DNA from: Campylobacterota bacterium
Lineage (GTDB): Bacteria; Campylobacterota; Campylobacteria; Campylobacterales; Sulfurimonadaceae
Reading direction: 5' to 3'
Assembly: GCA_034661055.1 (NCBI GenBank)
Contig: JAYEKO010000054.1
Location: 1 to 41,964, forward strand
Length of the DNA: 41,964 nucleotides
Made by a program: the position numbers and the translations under genes. Each line of letters starts with the position of its first letter. Position 1 is the first letter of the stretch. The notes below the pieces were generated by a model. That model made no database searches. It saw nothing but the letters and a program-made list of their open reading frames with translations, and had not been told where the DNA came from. Below are positions 1 through 9,638 of this stretch, piece after piece.

Positions 1-264
1 AAGCTCTGGGCGTAACGTGTAGATAAACTCAATAATATCCGCCATTAGGTAGCCGTGATGCGCACCAATTTCACAAATTGTAGAATTTACATGTAAAAAA
101 CCATCATCTACTAATTTAATAATGTGCTTAGCAATAGTCCCACCAAAAAACTTTGAACTACTCACTGAAGTGTAGAAATCGCCCTCTTTTCCTATAGCAC
201 TGTAGGTAGCATAATAGCCATCATCCCCATAGAGCCACTCTGTCATATACTCACTAAATCTCAT
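1..264 (-). CDS. SAM-dependent methyltransferase, MidA/NDUFAF7 family (N-terminal part, truncated by window edge)
   Basis: Manual translation from ATG 264 (alternative in-frame ATG 279): MRFSEYMTEWLYGDDGYY...GDFYTS...EIGAHHGYL. These match the MidA-family motifs F.E/DYM...LY...GYY, GDFxTS and EIGA. Not in the ORF track. Confidence 0.85.
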   Translation of the reverse strand, partial: MRFSEYMTEWLYGDDGYYATYSAIGKEGDFYTSVSSSKFFGGTIAKHIIKLVDDGFLHVNSTICEIGAHHGYLMADIIEFIYTLRPEL

Positions 265-350
265 TAACCATCTTTTCATAAAGACTTAACAGCTCAAACT
301 GCTTATCTATCTCTAATATTTTATTTCGTACTATAGATTCTATCTTTAGA

Positions 351-1541
351 TTACAGCTTAGAAATAGCGCTGTTGAGGCGAACAAAGCCCTCATCAATCT
401 CTTCTTTTGTAATCGTTAGTGGCGGTAAAAACCGTAGTGTATTTTTTCCAGCTTTTAAAATAAGCAGACCTGCTTCACGCGCATAATTAACAAGATTACC
501 TAGTGAATCAGCATCTTTAACACGTAAACCACGCATCATTCCAAAACCGACACTTTTTAAGAAGAGTTCAGGGTGCACCACTTGAAGTGCCGTCACTTTT
601 TTCTCAAAGTAAATCATCATCTCATCGAGTTCACCACACTCTTTATAGTTATTTAAAACATCCATGACGGTATTTGCAGCAGCGGTAGAGAGGTAATTAC
701 CACCAAAGGTAGAGCCGTGATCACCTGCTTTTAAAACCTCTTTTTTGGCCGTCATCACTACACCAATAGGAACACCTCCACCAAGACCCTTAGCTAAGGT
801 AATAATATCAGGTTCAATATCATAAAGATTTGATGCTAAAAACTCACCCGTTCGGTATATTCCAGTTTGAACCTCATCTACAATAAGTAAAATATTTTTA
901 CTTTTTAAAAGTTTTGCCAAATTTTGAACTTTTTCACGCTCTAACGGCTGAACACCACCCTCTCCTTGAACCAATTCAATCATAACAGCAACAGTATGCT
1001 CATCTAAAAGAGATTCTATCTCATCGACATCATTAGCGTAAACAAAGCCATCAGGAAACGGTCCAAAATAGTTATGCATCGCCTCTTGCCCTGTCGCTTT
1101 AAGAGCGGTAATGGTTCTGCCATGAAACGAGTGTTGCAACGTTACAATCTTATAGCGTTTAGACTCACCATCAACTTCACCATATTTGCGAGCAATTTTA
1201 ATAGCACCCTCATTAGCTTCAGCACCGCTATTTCCAAAGAAACACTTCATGTCATAGCCACTTGTCTCTACGAGTGTCTTAGCACACTTTGCTTGAGGCT
1301 CAATAAGGTAAAGATTAGAGATATGGGTAATGTTTTTAGCCTGCTCACAAATAGCTTGTGATAGCCTATCGTTTCCATGACCAATACTTACCACACCAAT
1401 GCCAGATGTAAAATCTATATAGTCTACACCTGTACTGTCTTTTAAATAGGCATTTTTACCACTTACAATACTGATGTTTTGACGTCCATACGTCGGCAAC
1501 ACAAAACTATCATCCATATTTTTTAAATCATCTACTTGCAT
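351..1541 (-). CDS. argD: Acetylornithine aminotransferase (class III PLP)
   Basis: NSGAEANE, SFHGRT, DEVQTG, LAKGLGGG and HGSTFGGN motifs. Confidence 0.93.
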   Translation of the reverse strand: MQVDDLKNMDDSFVLPTYGRQNISIVSGKNAYLKDSTGVDYIDFTSGIGVVSIGHGNDRLSQAICEQAKNITHISNLYLIEPQAKCAKTLVETSGYDMKCFFGNSGAEANEGAIKIARKYGEVDGESKRYKIVTLQHSFHGRTITALKATGQEAMHNYFGPFPDGFVYANDVDEIESLLDEHTVAVMIELVQGEGGVQPLEREKVQNLAKLLKSKNILLIVDEVQTGIYRTGEFLASNLYDIEPDIITLAKGLGGGVPIGVVMTAKKEVLKAGDHGSTFGGNYLSTAAANTVMDVLNNYKECGELDEMMIYFEKKVTALQVVHPELFLKSVGFGMMRGLRVKDADSLGNLVNYAREAGLLILKAGKNTLRFLPPLTITKEEIDEGFVRLNSAISKL

Positions 1542-3271
1542 CTTTTAATCTCCACTTTTTTATCTTGAAACACTGCATTTTCTCCTTCGTAACTTAAATA
1601 TGATGGGGTTAGATTATTGACACCATGAACACCCGAATAGATTAACACCGTATCTTCTCGTAAACTATCATCATTTTTTACATGTAAATTGACACTGCCA
1701 ATATCTGAGCTAACCTCTACCTCTTCACCATCTCTAAAGCCCAAAGCAGGATTTACATGTATTTCATTATCTCTTTGAAACTGAGAGTTTAAACTTCGAG
1801 GGCTTTTACATGTAATTAAGAAAAGTTTATCGTCATTATTATAGGAAAATTCAAATTCGTCCATAAACAAAAAAAGCTCATTATCGGTATCAAAACCATT
1901 TTCATATGCTAGCTCATCTCGACCCTTTACTCTACTTCCACACTCTTTAGCATCTAAAAATGATTTAAAATGTTTTAAATAATCTTCTTCAGATTCAAGT
2001 TCAATTTGAAACTCTTCTGAGAGTGCTAATGTTAACTCATACTCACTAATACCAGAACTTCTCTCTTGAACTTGTGGCATCTTCAGCATATGGTTACTCC
2101 CATAGGAACAGCGAATGTCACTCTTTTGTAAAAAATTACAGGCAGGAATTACCAAATCTGCTGCCAATAAAGTTTCATTCTCATAGAGCCCATAATAGAC
2201 GCACAGTTCTACCTTAGACATATTCTGTTTTACCTTTAGTGATGATGGCATCTGATTTAATGGATTTGCCCCTTGAACAAAAATCATATTAAACTTTGAA
2301 AAGTCGGCTGTGGCTTTGGGAACTCGCTTACTCTTTAAGTCAAAAGGGTTACTAATGCCTTCTTGTGAACTTCCCAAGTAACTAACACCACACCCCTCTT
2401 TTGCAAAAAGTCCCAGTGTCGCAGCAAAGGCATCTATGGCTCTAAGTGTCGATGCTCCATCACGATTTTTCTGCACACCTACACCAGCAAGAATAACCAC
2501 TTTCTTATCTTCAATAAGATCCATTAGCTTTGCAACATCACCTATATCAACATCAATAAGATCTAAATTGCTTTTAATCCTAATGGTCTGTGTCAGCTCA
2601 TAAAACTCCTCAAACTCATCAGTATGCTTCTTTAAAAACTCCTCATCATCAAGCTCATTAATTACTGCAAAACGGCTTAGTAGTAGTGCTAATAGCATAT
2701 CACCATGAGGTTTTAACTGAATAAAAAGATCTGCGCACTCTGCCATTTTTGTTCTAACCGGATCAATCACAATAATTTTTTTATCTTTTAAATACGGCAG
2801 TAGATGTGAATTAGTTACATGTAAATTTCGTCCCCATACAATGACAACCTCAGACTTGTTAATCTGCTCTAAGTCCAGAGTTTTGTTACTTCCTCGTCCT
2901 TCAATAATTCCTGCCTCACCCGCCCCGTCACAGAGCGATCCAGAAGTGAGTGTTGCACCAACTTTAGAGAAAAAATAATCTGTTACACCCTGCATTAATG
3001 CAAAGTTTCCATGACCTCTGTAGTGCAGTATTTTAGAGCCATTGTATTTTTTAATTGACGCTATTAAAATCTCAACAGCTTTTTGCATTGAGATTGGCTC
3101 ACCTTTATAGGTGGGGACCTGTATCTGATTAAACTTATCGTAATGGTTTAAGTGTGGGCAGAGATAACCTTGTGTTAACTCGTGACGCTTACTTCCAGCA
3201 AGTTTTCCATTGCCATAAGTGATAGCACAAGCATCATAACAGTCAAGTGGACACGCCGTACTATTAATCAT
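1532..3271 (-). CDS. Molybdopterin-dependent oxidoreductase (DMSO reductase/MopB superfamily), substrate unknown
   Basis: N-terminal CPLDCYDAC...GYLC [4Fe-4S] motif; WGRN, VIDP, ADLVIPA and SLNSQF motifs; no Tat signal. Confidence 0.85.
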   Translation of the reverse strand: MINSTACPLDCYDACAITYGNGKLAGSKRHELTQGYLCPHLNHYDKFNQIQVPTYKGEPISMQKAVEILIASIKKYNGSKILHYRGHGNFALMQGVTDYFFSKVGATLTSGSLCDGAGEAGIIEGRGSNKTLDLEQINKSEVVIVWGRNLHVTNSHLLPYLKDKKIIVIDPVRTKMAECADLFIQLKPHGDMLLALLLSRFAVINELDDEEFLKKHTDEFEEFYELTQTIRIKSNLDLIDVDIGDVAKLMDLIEDKKVVILAGVGVQKNRDGASTLRAIDAFAATLGLFAKEGCGVSYLGSSQEGISNPFDLKSKRVPKATADFSKFNMIFVQGANPLNQMPSSLKVKQNMSKVELCVYYGLYENETLLAADLVIPACNFLQKSDIRCSYGSNHMLKMPQVQERSSGISEYELTLALSEEFQIELESEEDYLKHFKSFLDAKECGSRVKGRDELAYENGFDTDNELFLFMDEFEFSYNNDDKLFLITCKSPRSLNSQFQRDNEIHVNPALGFRDGEEVEVSSDIGSVNLHVKNDDSLREDTVLIYSGVHGVNNLTPSYLSYEGENAVFQDKKVEIKRCK

Positions 3272-4061
3272 CTCGTAACTCCACTTTTATTAGTCGTGAA
3301 AAGATTTTTGGTGCATCAATTACAATTTCGGCTCTATAATTTGAGAGGTGCTTTGAATCGGCGATATTCCATACTCTTGTGATGGTGTAACTACTTTTAA
3401 CACCATCTAAATAAAGTGCTTTACTTTTGTAATTTACCATCTCTTCATAACTTAAGTAGATAACCAATTTTCCTTTTGAGATATCCGCTAAATCGGCTAA
3501 AGGAGTAGAGGGACTTACAAACTGTCCCTCTTTTACATGTAATTTATACAGAGTAAACTCTGTCGAACTAATATGCTTGTCACTAACACTTTTTAAAAGA
3601 ACCTCTTTGCGAAGATTTAGATCATTTAATTGAACTCTAATATTTTCAAGCTCTTTTTTTGTATTAATGTACTGGTTTTGACTATTAACTAAGTCATAAA
3701 ATTCACGATCTTTTTCAACACTAGATTTAATCTTTAGGCTTTTAATACGCTCAAAATTAGTAACTTTCTTTTTTAATAGAGCATCGTAATTTTTAATGAC
3801 CTCTTGATTAAGTTCAATAGTACTGTTTAGCAGTAGCATTTTTTTCTCTATCTGTTTGAGCTCTATTTTATCTAGCTTATCATCAAGAGTAATGTACTCA
3901 TCGCCCTTAAGACGCTTTCCCTCTTTTGTAATATCTGCAAACATAACTAATGCAGAGACGTTTGATGAAATTGTCTTAAGTTCATACGGTTCAAGCTTGG
4001 CATAATGCTCTTTGGCAAACAATACGCTTACGGTTAAAAAAATAAAAGTAATAAGTTTCAT
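3264..4061 (-). CDS. HlyD/membrane-fusion-like periplasmic protein
   Basis: Signal peptide, central coiled coil, and lipoyl-half motifs (ITKEGKRL; HVKEGQFVSPSTPLADL). Confidence 0.7.
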   Translation of the reverse strand: MKLITFIFLTVSVLFAKEHYAKLEPYELKTISSNVSALVMFADITKEGKRLKGDEYITLDDKLDKIELKQIEKKMLLLNSTIELNQEVIKNYDALLKKKVTNFERIKSLKIKSSVEKDREFYDLVNSQNQYINTKKELENIRVQLNDLNLRKEVLLKSVSDKHISSTEFTLYKLHVKEGQFVSPSTPLADLADISKGKLVIYLSYEEMVNYKSKALYLDGVKSSYTITRVWNIADSKHLSNYRAEIVIDAPKIFSRLIKVELRDD

Positions 4062-4178
4062 AGGTTTTCCATCATTTTAATAGCTCTTATTTTACACATC
4101 TATTGCTTCAAATAGACTTTTTTTCACTATTGGACACCTCGAAAAAGGCAACCTTAATGTGTTTTATAATGCTTTTTT

Positions 4179-4187
4179 TGGTACAAT
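4179..4187 (+). promoter_or_regulatory. Extended -10 promoter of cheV (TGgTACAAT)
   Basis: TGnTAnAAT about 30 bp upstream of the ATG at 4216. Confidence 0.5.
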
Positions 4188-4215
4188 AAAGCTAATACGC
4201 ATATAAGGTCGATTA

Positions 4216-5154
4216 ATGTCACTATTAGAGCATGTTGATGCATCAACAAGTTTAGCGAAAAACAATGAAGTTCAGCTTTTAGTATTTAAGATCAGTGAAG
4301 ATGAAGAATCTCCATATTACGCCATAAATGTTTTTAAGACACGTGAAGTTGTAGAAGCTAAACGTCATAAACTAACATTAATACCTTCGTCACATCCACT
4401 ACTTGAAGGTACAATGATTCTACGTGGCACTCAAATTCCAATTTTGAACCTACCCTCTTGGCTTAATCATCCAATTAAAAAAGAGGGGTTCTCTGCCTCA
4501 AATTATCTAATTTGTGATTTTAATGGGGTAATCATTGGTCTTAGAATCATGTTTGCTTTTCGTGTTATAAAAAAGAATTGGGCAGAGATGCATGCGCCAG
4601 AGAGTTACAGTGTAGGTGACAACTCTATGATTATTAACGACACTCGGCTTGAAGATGGCAGTCTCTGTCTAGTGCTTGACTACGAGAAACTCCTTGCCGA
4701 TGTTATTCCTCAGGCCATGGTAGATGTTACCGCATCACCAGCAAACTTAGAGAGTCTTCGTGTTCCAGAGAAACTACTTAACGGTACCGTCTTAATTGCA
4801 GAAGATTCAAAGACAGCTCAAAAACATCTGAGTCAGGTTTTTAAGAACTCTAAGATTGATTATAAAATATTTAACAATGGTAAACTACTTATAGATTATG
4901 TTTTTGACCTGCCTGATCCAACTGTTATTCCAGCAATTGTTACAGATATTGAGATGCCAGAGATGTCAGGATTTACAGTACTTCAAAAATTACGTCAAAA
5001 TCATGACACAAAAAATATTCCTGTTATTGTTAACAGCTCTATGACCGGAGATAATAACAAGCGTGAAGCACAAGACTTAGGTGCAGATGGTTTTATTAAC
5101 AAGACAAAGAGTAAAGATATTTTACCCCTCATTGTTGAGATAATGAATCAGTAA
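4216..5154 (+). CDS. cheV: Chemotaxis protein CheV (CheW + receiver domain)
   Basis: YAINVFKTREV CheW domain; IAEDS and TDIEMPEMSG receiver motifs. Confidence 0.93.
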   Translation: MSLLEHVDASTSLAKNNEVQLLVFKISEDEESPYYAINVFKTREVVEAKRHKLTLIPSSHPLLEGTMILRGTQIPILNLPSWLNHPIKKEGFSASNYLICDFNGVIIGLRIMFAFRVIKKNWAEMHAPESYSVGDNSMIINDTRLEDGSLCLVLDYEKLLADVIPQAMVDVTASPANLESLRVPEKLLNGTVLIAEDSKTAQKHLSQVFKNSKIDYKIFNNGKLLIDYVFDLPDPTVIPAIVTDIEMPEMSGFTVLQKLRQNHDTKNIPVIVNSSMTGDNNKREAQDLGADGFINKTKSKDILPLIVEIMNQ

Positions 5155-5170
5155 GACTTTAAATAGGCTT

Positions 5171-5203
5171 TGTTCACAATGACATTCTCAATCATTGGGA
5201 ACA
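5171..5203. terminator. Hairpin between convergent cheV and oadB
   Basis: TGTTCACAATGA ... TCATTGGGAACA, 12-bp arms with one mismatch. Confidence 0.45.
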
Positions 5204-5228
5204 CAAAACAGATCTTTAAGTAGAGTTC

Positions 5229-6545
5229 CTACTTAAAGATTGAAAGAAGTACACCGGCAGCAACCGCTGAACCGATTACACCTGCAACATTTGGACCCAT
5301 CGCATGCATTAGTAAAATATTACCTCTGTCATACTCCATACCGACTTTATTCGATACACGAGCCGCCATAGGAACTGCAGAAACACCTGCTGAACCAATA
5401 AGTGGATTTACTTTAGTTCCTGGGAATTTATTCATAATCTTAGCCATAATAACACCTGCAGCAGTACCTGCTGAGAACGCTACAACACCAAGAGCTAAAA
5501 TTGCCAAAGTCTCACCAACTAAGAACTGATCTGCAGATAATTTTGAACCAACAGATAGTCCTAAAAAGATAGTGACAATGTTAATCAGAGCATTTTCCAT
5601 AGTATCTGAAAGTCTATCAACAACACCTGATTGCTTTAAGAAATTTCCAAACATAAACGCACCAATTAGTGGTGTCGCATCTGGTAATACCAAAATAGCC
5701 AAAGTCAGAACCATAATAGGGAAAATAAGTTTCTCTAAACGTGACACTTGACGAAGAGTCACCATCTTAATCTTACGCTCTTCTTCCGTTGTTAACGCTC
5801 TCATAATCGGAGGCTGAATGATTGGAACCATCGCCATATATGAATAAGATGCCACGGCAATTGCACCAAGGAGTTCAGGTGCCAAGGCACTGGCGATAAA
5901 AATGGAGGTCGGACCGTCTGCCCCACCAATAATACTAATCGCACTTGCTTGCTTAATGGTAAAGTCAAAAAGTCCCATCTCTGCAAGTGCCACCGCACCA
6001 ACAAGAGTACCAAAAATACCAAACTGTGCTGCACCACCAAGGAGTGCTGTTTTAGGGTTAGCAAGCAGTGGACCAAAATCGGTCATGGCACCAACACCCA
6101 TAAAAATTAGAATAGGAAAGAGCTGATTAGCAAGTCCCATCGAATACAAAACACCTAAAAATCCATCTGGACCCCCAATACCTGCAATAGGAATGTTTGC
6201 TAATAGTCCACCAAAACCAATAGGTAAAAGTAATAGAGGCTCAAAACCTTTCTTAATTGCTAAGTAGAATAGCCCAAAAGTGATAAAGATCATAATAAGA
6301 CGACCCCAACTTTTGTGAAAGTCACTCATCTTCTCACCATGAGAATTAAGCTCATTCTCATCAGGTGATACTAATGCAACAATACCTGTAGAGCTAATGA
6401 AACCACCTACCATTGCACCCAAACTCTGAGCTTTATAGTCCTCTTCTTGGTGAGAGCTAGCATCAGCTGCAGCAGTATGACCACCAGCATATGCTGCAGT
6501 CATTAACATTAAAACCGAAAAAATTGAAACTAAAAATTTCTTCAT
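5229..6545 (-). CDS. oadB: Na+-translocating decarboxylase beta subunit
   Basis: [34 protein letters not shown] and HAMGPNVAG motifs. Confidence 0.95.
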   Translation of the reverse strand: MKKFLVSIFSVLMLMTAAYAGGHTAAADASSHQEEDYKAQSLGAMVGGFISSTGIVALVSPDENELNSHGEKMSDFHKSWGRLIMIFITFGLFYLAIKKGFEPLLLLPIGFGGLLANIPIAGIGGPDGFLGVLYSMGLANQLFPILIFMGVGAMTDFGPLLANPKTALLGGAAQFGIFGTLVGAVALAEMGLFDFTIKQASAISIIGGADGPTSIFIASALAPELLGAIAVASYSYMAMVPIIQPPIMRALTTEEERKIKMVTLRQVSRLEKLIFPIMVLTLAILVLPDATPLIGAFMFGNFLKQSGVVDRLSDTMENALINIVTIFLGLSVGSKLSADQFLVGETLAILALGVVAFSAGTAAGVIMAKIMNKFPGTKVNPLIGSAGVSAVPMAARVSNKVGMEYDRGNILLMHAMGPNVAGVIGSAVAAGVLLSIFK

Positions 6546-6548
6546 AGG

Positions 6549-8378
6549 TTAACTCATTACTGCTACGACTTGGCCTTCAACTACTTTGTCGTTCACATTA
6601 ACATTGATTGATTTTACAACACCAGCTTTTGGAGCAACAATGTCAATTTCCATTTTCATTGACTCTAAAATGATAAGAGTATCACCTTCAGCTACTGAGT
6701 CACCAGGATTAGCAATAATTTTCCATACTGAACCTGGTAGCATCGCTTTAATATCTTCGGTCTCACCTGATGCTGCTGGAGCAGCTGCAGCTGGAGTTAC
6801 CGCCGCTGGAGCTGCACTTTCACCATTAACTGCTGTTACTTGAATATCTGCATTACCTTCAGCTACTTGAACACTAAATTTCTGTCCATCTACTACTACT
6901 GTATAACTTCCTGTACCCATACCTTTTTTCTCCTCTGTTGTTGCTACTGTACTGTTTGCTGCTTCCATCTCTGAAAGTTTTCTAACATTAACTTCACCCT
7001 CGCCTTTTAAGAAAGCGATACCTTTTTCATCACATGAAGCTGCAATAAATACATTCTCTTCATTAACTTTGATGCCCTCTTTTTCTAAACGCTCAATCCA
7101 ACATGCGATTGATTTACGCTCATCTGCATCAGCAAGGTCAATTGCATTCTCAGTTGTCGGCTCTAAACCTAATTTTTCTGAGGCAATTTTTACAATCTCA
7201 GGGTCTGGAGCAACTGGTGTTTTACCAAAATAACCTAGAACCATTTTTCCATAACCTGGAGCAATTGCTTTCCAAGGTCCCTGAATAACATTGTTTAGTG
7301 CTTGTTGGAAATAAAACTGTGATACTGGAGTTACAGACGTTCCATAACCACCTTTTTCTACCACTTCACGCATTGCACGGATAACATCAGGGAATTTTTC
7401 CATAATATTGTTATCACGCATCATCTGGGTATTAGCAGTTAATGCACCACCTGGCATTGGAGAAAATGGAATAATTGGAGATACCATTGTCGCTTCTGGT
7501 GGCATAAAGTAGTCACTTAAACAGTCTGTCAATGTGTCTTCATATGCCAAGATCTTATCGATCTCTAAACCACCTAAATCGTAGTTCATTCCTTTAGTGG
7601 CATGAAGCATTGTTAAGATATCTGGCTGTGATGTACCACCACTCACTGGAGCTGCAGCCATATCAATACCATCAATTCCTGCATCAAGTGCTGCTAAATA
7701 TGCCGCAACAGAGACACCTGCTGTCTCATGCGTATGAAGACGCAAGTGAGTATTTTGAGGAACAAGTTTACGTGCCATTTTAATTGTTTCGTAAATCTTA
7801 TTTGGATTAGATGTACCACTTGCATCTTTAAAACATATAGAGCTATATGGAATACCACTATCTAAAATTTCGCGAAGTGTCTTCTCATAAAAATCAACCG
7901 TATGAGCACCCTCACAATGTGGGGGAAGGTCCATTAGTGTTACCACTACCTCATGGTTAAGACCATGATGTGCAATACGCTCACCCGAATACTTTAAGTT
8001 CTCAACATCATTAAGAGCATCAAAGTTACGAATGGTCGTTGTTCCATGTTTTTTGAAAAGTTTCGCATGAAGATCAACGAGTTCACGACTACCTGTATCT
8101 AACATTACTGTGTTTACACCACGAGCAAGTGTTTGAAGGTTTGCATCTGGTCCAACAATAGTTCTAAAACGATCCATCATATCAAATGCGTTTTCATTTA
8201 AGTAGAAGAAAAGTGATTGGAAACGTGCTCCACCACCAAATTCAAAGTGTGTAATCCCCGCTTCTTTCGCAGCTTCAACTGCTGGAAAGAAGTCATCCAT
8301 TAAGACACGGCCTCCAAAGACAGACTGAAATCCGTCTCTAAAAGTTGTATCCATTATGTCAATAAATTTCTTAGCCAT
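6549..8378 (-). CDS. oadA: Oxaloacetate decarboxylase alpha / pyruvate carboxyltransferase with biotinyl domain
   Basis: DTTFRDGFQS, HTH and VTPVSQ motifs, Ala/Pro linker, ESMKME biotin site; lies between oadG and oadB. Confidence 0.9.
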   Translation of the reverse strand: MAKKFIDIMDTTFRDGFQSVFGGRVLMDDFFPAVEAAKEAGITHFEFGGGARFQSLFFYLNENAFDMMDRFRTIVGPDANLQTLARGVNTVMLDTGSRELVDLHAKLFKKHGTTTIRNFDALNDVENLKYSGERIAHHGLNHEVVVTLMDLPPHCEGAHTVDFYEKTLREILDSGIPYSSICFKDASGTSNPNKIYETIKMARKLVPQNTHLRLHTHETAGVSVAAYLAALDAGIDGIDMAAAPVSGGTSQPDILTMLHATKGMNYDLGGLEIDKILAYEDTLTDCLSDYFMPPEATMVSPIIPFSPMPGGALTANTQMMRDNNIMEKFPDVIRAMREVVEKGGYGTSVTPVSQFYFQQALNNVIQGPWKAIAPGYGKMVLGYFGKTPVAPDPEIVKIASEKLGLEPTTENAIDLADADERKSIACWIERLEKEGIKVNEENVFIAASCDEKGIAFLKGEGEVNVRKLSEMEAANSTVATTEEKKGMGTGSYTVVVDGQKFSVQVAEGNADIQVTAVNGESAAPAAVTPAAAAPAASGETEDIKAMLPGSVWKIIANPGDSVAEGDTLIILESMKMEIDIVAPKAGVVKSINVNVNDKVVEGQVVAVMS

Positions 8379-8386
8379 TATATTCC

Positions 8387-8626
8387 TTAAACATTATTAT
8401 GATGCATGATTGCAGCTGTAATGGCAGCAATCTTCTTGTTATCTTTTGCTGGTGCACTCGGTGCTTTGCTCGGACTATCTGGTGCCGCATGAGGTTCAGG
8501 AAAGTATCGTGTGATGACTTTAGCCTGAAGATTCATCATTCCAATTAAAACTATTAGAAAAAGGAACACGGTTCCCATTCCTAAAGCCATAAACTTTAAA
8601 CCCTCAACTATAAGGTTAGTTTCCAT
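8387..8626 (-). CDS. oadG: Oxaloacetate decarboxylase gamma subunit
   Basis: GMGTVFLFL TM helix, Pro/Ala linker, IAAITAAIMHH C-terminus. Confidence 0.92.
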   Translation of the reverse strand: METNLIVEGLKFMALGMGTVFLFLIVLIGMMNLQAKVITRYFPEPHAAPDSPSKAPSAPAKDNKKIAAITAAIMHHNNV

Positions 8627-8790
8627 ACTCTGCCTTTTGTGTAAAAGTGACTAATAATATAATAATGATGTTTGAAATTAGCTTGAAGCGACATAAATTA
8701 TTAACTTAAAATAAAAAAATGTTACATTTTAGTATCTCTTTGGTTTTTTAGGCTAGAATTCCGTCAGTTATTTTTTTGGAGAAGACTACA

Positions 8791-9306
8791 ATGAATCTAG
8801 ACAAAATCAGTTATGGCGAAAATCCAGATAAAATAAGAGCGATAATTGAAGTTCCTTACGGATCAAATATTAAGTATGAAATTGAGAAAGAGAGCGGCGC
8901 ACTTGCTCTTGACCGCGTCATGCACTCTGCAATGTACTACCCTGCAAACTACGGCTTTGTTAACAAGACACTTTCTCAAGACGGTGATCCAGCAGATATA
9001 TTGATTTTAACAGAGTATCCAATACAAGCTGGTGCAGTTTTGGACTGCCGCTTAGTTGGTGTACTACTTATGGAAGATGAGAGTGGAATTGATGAAAAAC
9101 TTTTAGCCGTTCCTACTTCAAAGATTGATCCAACGTATGATGAAATTAAAGACTTGCAAGATATTGCTCCACACACGTTGGCAAAAATTAAGAACTTTTT
9201 TGAGACTTACAAAATGCTAGAACCTAATAAGTGGGTAAAAGTTAGAGAATTTAAAGATAAGGCAATTGCTACTCAAATCTTGCAAGATGCAATTGACAAC
9301 CTATAA
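8791..9306 (+). CDS. ppa: Family I inorganic pyrophosphatase
   Basis: YPANYGF, DGDPAD and DESGIDEK motifs. The ATG at 8791 with GGAG upstream is preferred over the TTG at 8776. Confidence 0.96.
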   Translation: MNLDKISYGENPDKIRAIIEVPYGSNIKYEIEKESGALALDRVMHSAMYYPANYGFVNKTLSQDGDPADILILTEYPIQAGAVLDCRLVGVLLMEDESGIDEKLLAVPTSKIDPTYDEIKDLQDIAPHTLAKIKNFFETYKMLEPNKWVKVREFKDKAIATQILQDAIDNL

Positions 9307-9322
9307 TATGAGAGGATTTTAA

Positions 9323-9625
9323 ATGATTGCAGGTATGTACGAACAAGATTTTGCCGCTTATATGATCTTTGGATTGATCTTAAATTTTCTGTTTTCAATT
9401 CTTTTTGGTCTCTATTTAAGTAAAAATATTGGCCTTGAGACAATGATGCAGACAAAAGGTGAGAAAGAGCAGTCACTACTGGTTAAACTCTCCCTCTTTA
9501 TTCCTTATGTAAAAATGTTTATAACACTCTACCGTGTTGGCATTTTACAGGTCTACTTTTTAAACCAAGGGCATAGCCACCAAGACTTTTGGGTCTATAT
9601 GACAACCAATACTGAAGAAGCTTAA
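9323..9625 (+). CDS. Hypothetical membrane protein
   Basis: 100-aa ORF with GAGG RBS and two hydrophobic segments. Confidence 0.75.
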   Translation: MIAGMYEQDFAAYMIFGLILNFLFSILFGLYLSKNIGLETMMQTKGEKEQSLLVKLSLFIPYVKMFITLYRVGILQVYFLNQGHSHQDFWVYMTTNTEEA

Positions 9626-9638
9626 GGGCACTTCAGGT

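Noticed and set aside
255..350. Open frame of about 30 codons (LKIESIVRNKILEIDKQFELLSLYEKMVNEI) between argD and the methyltransferase
   Set aside because: No start or RBS and no recognisable family. It could be a gene remnant but I cannot support that.
1532..3271. Selenocysteine or frameshift in the short molybdoenzyme
   Set aside because: The ORF is uninterrupted and retains both the N-terminal Fe-S region and the C-terminal domain.
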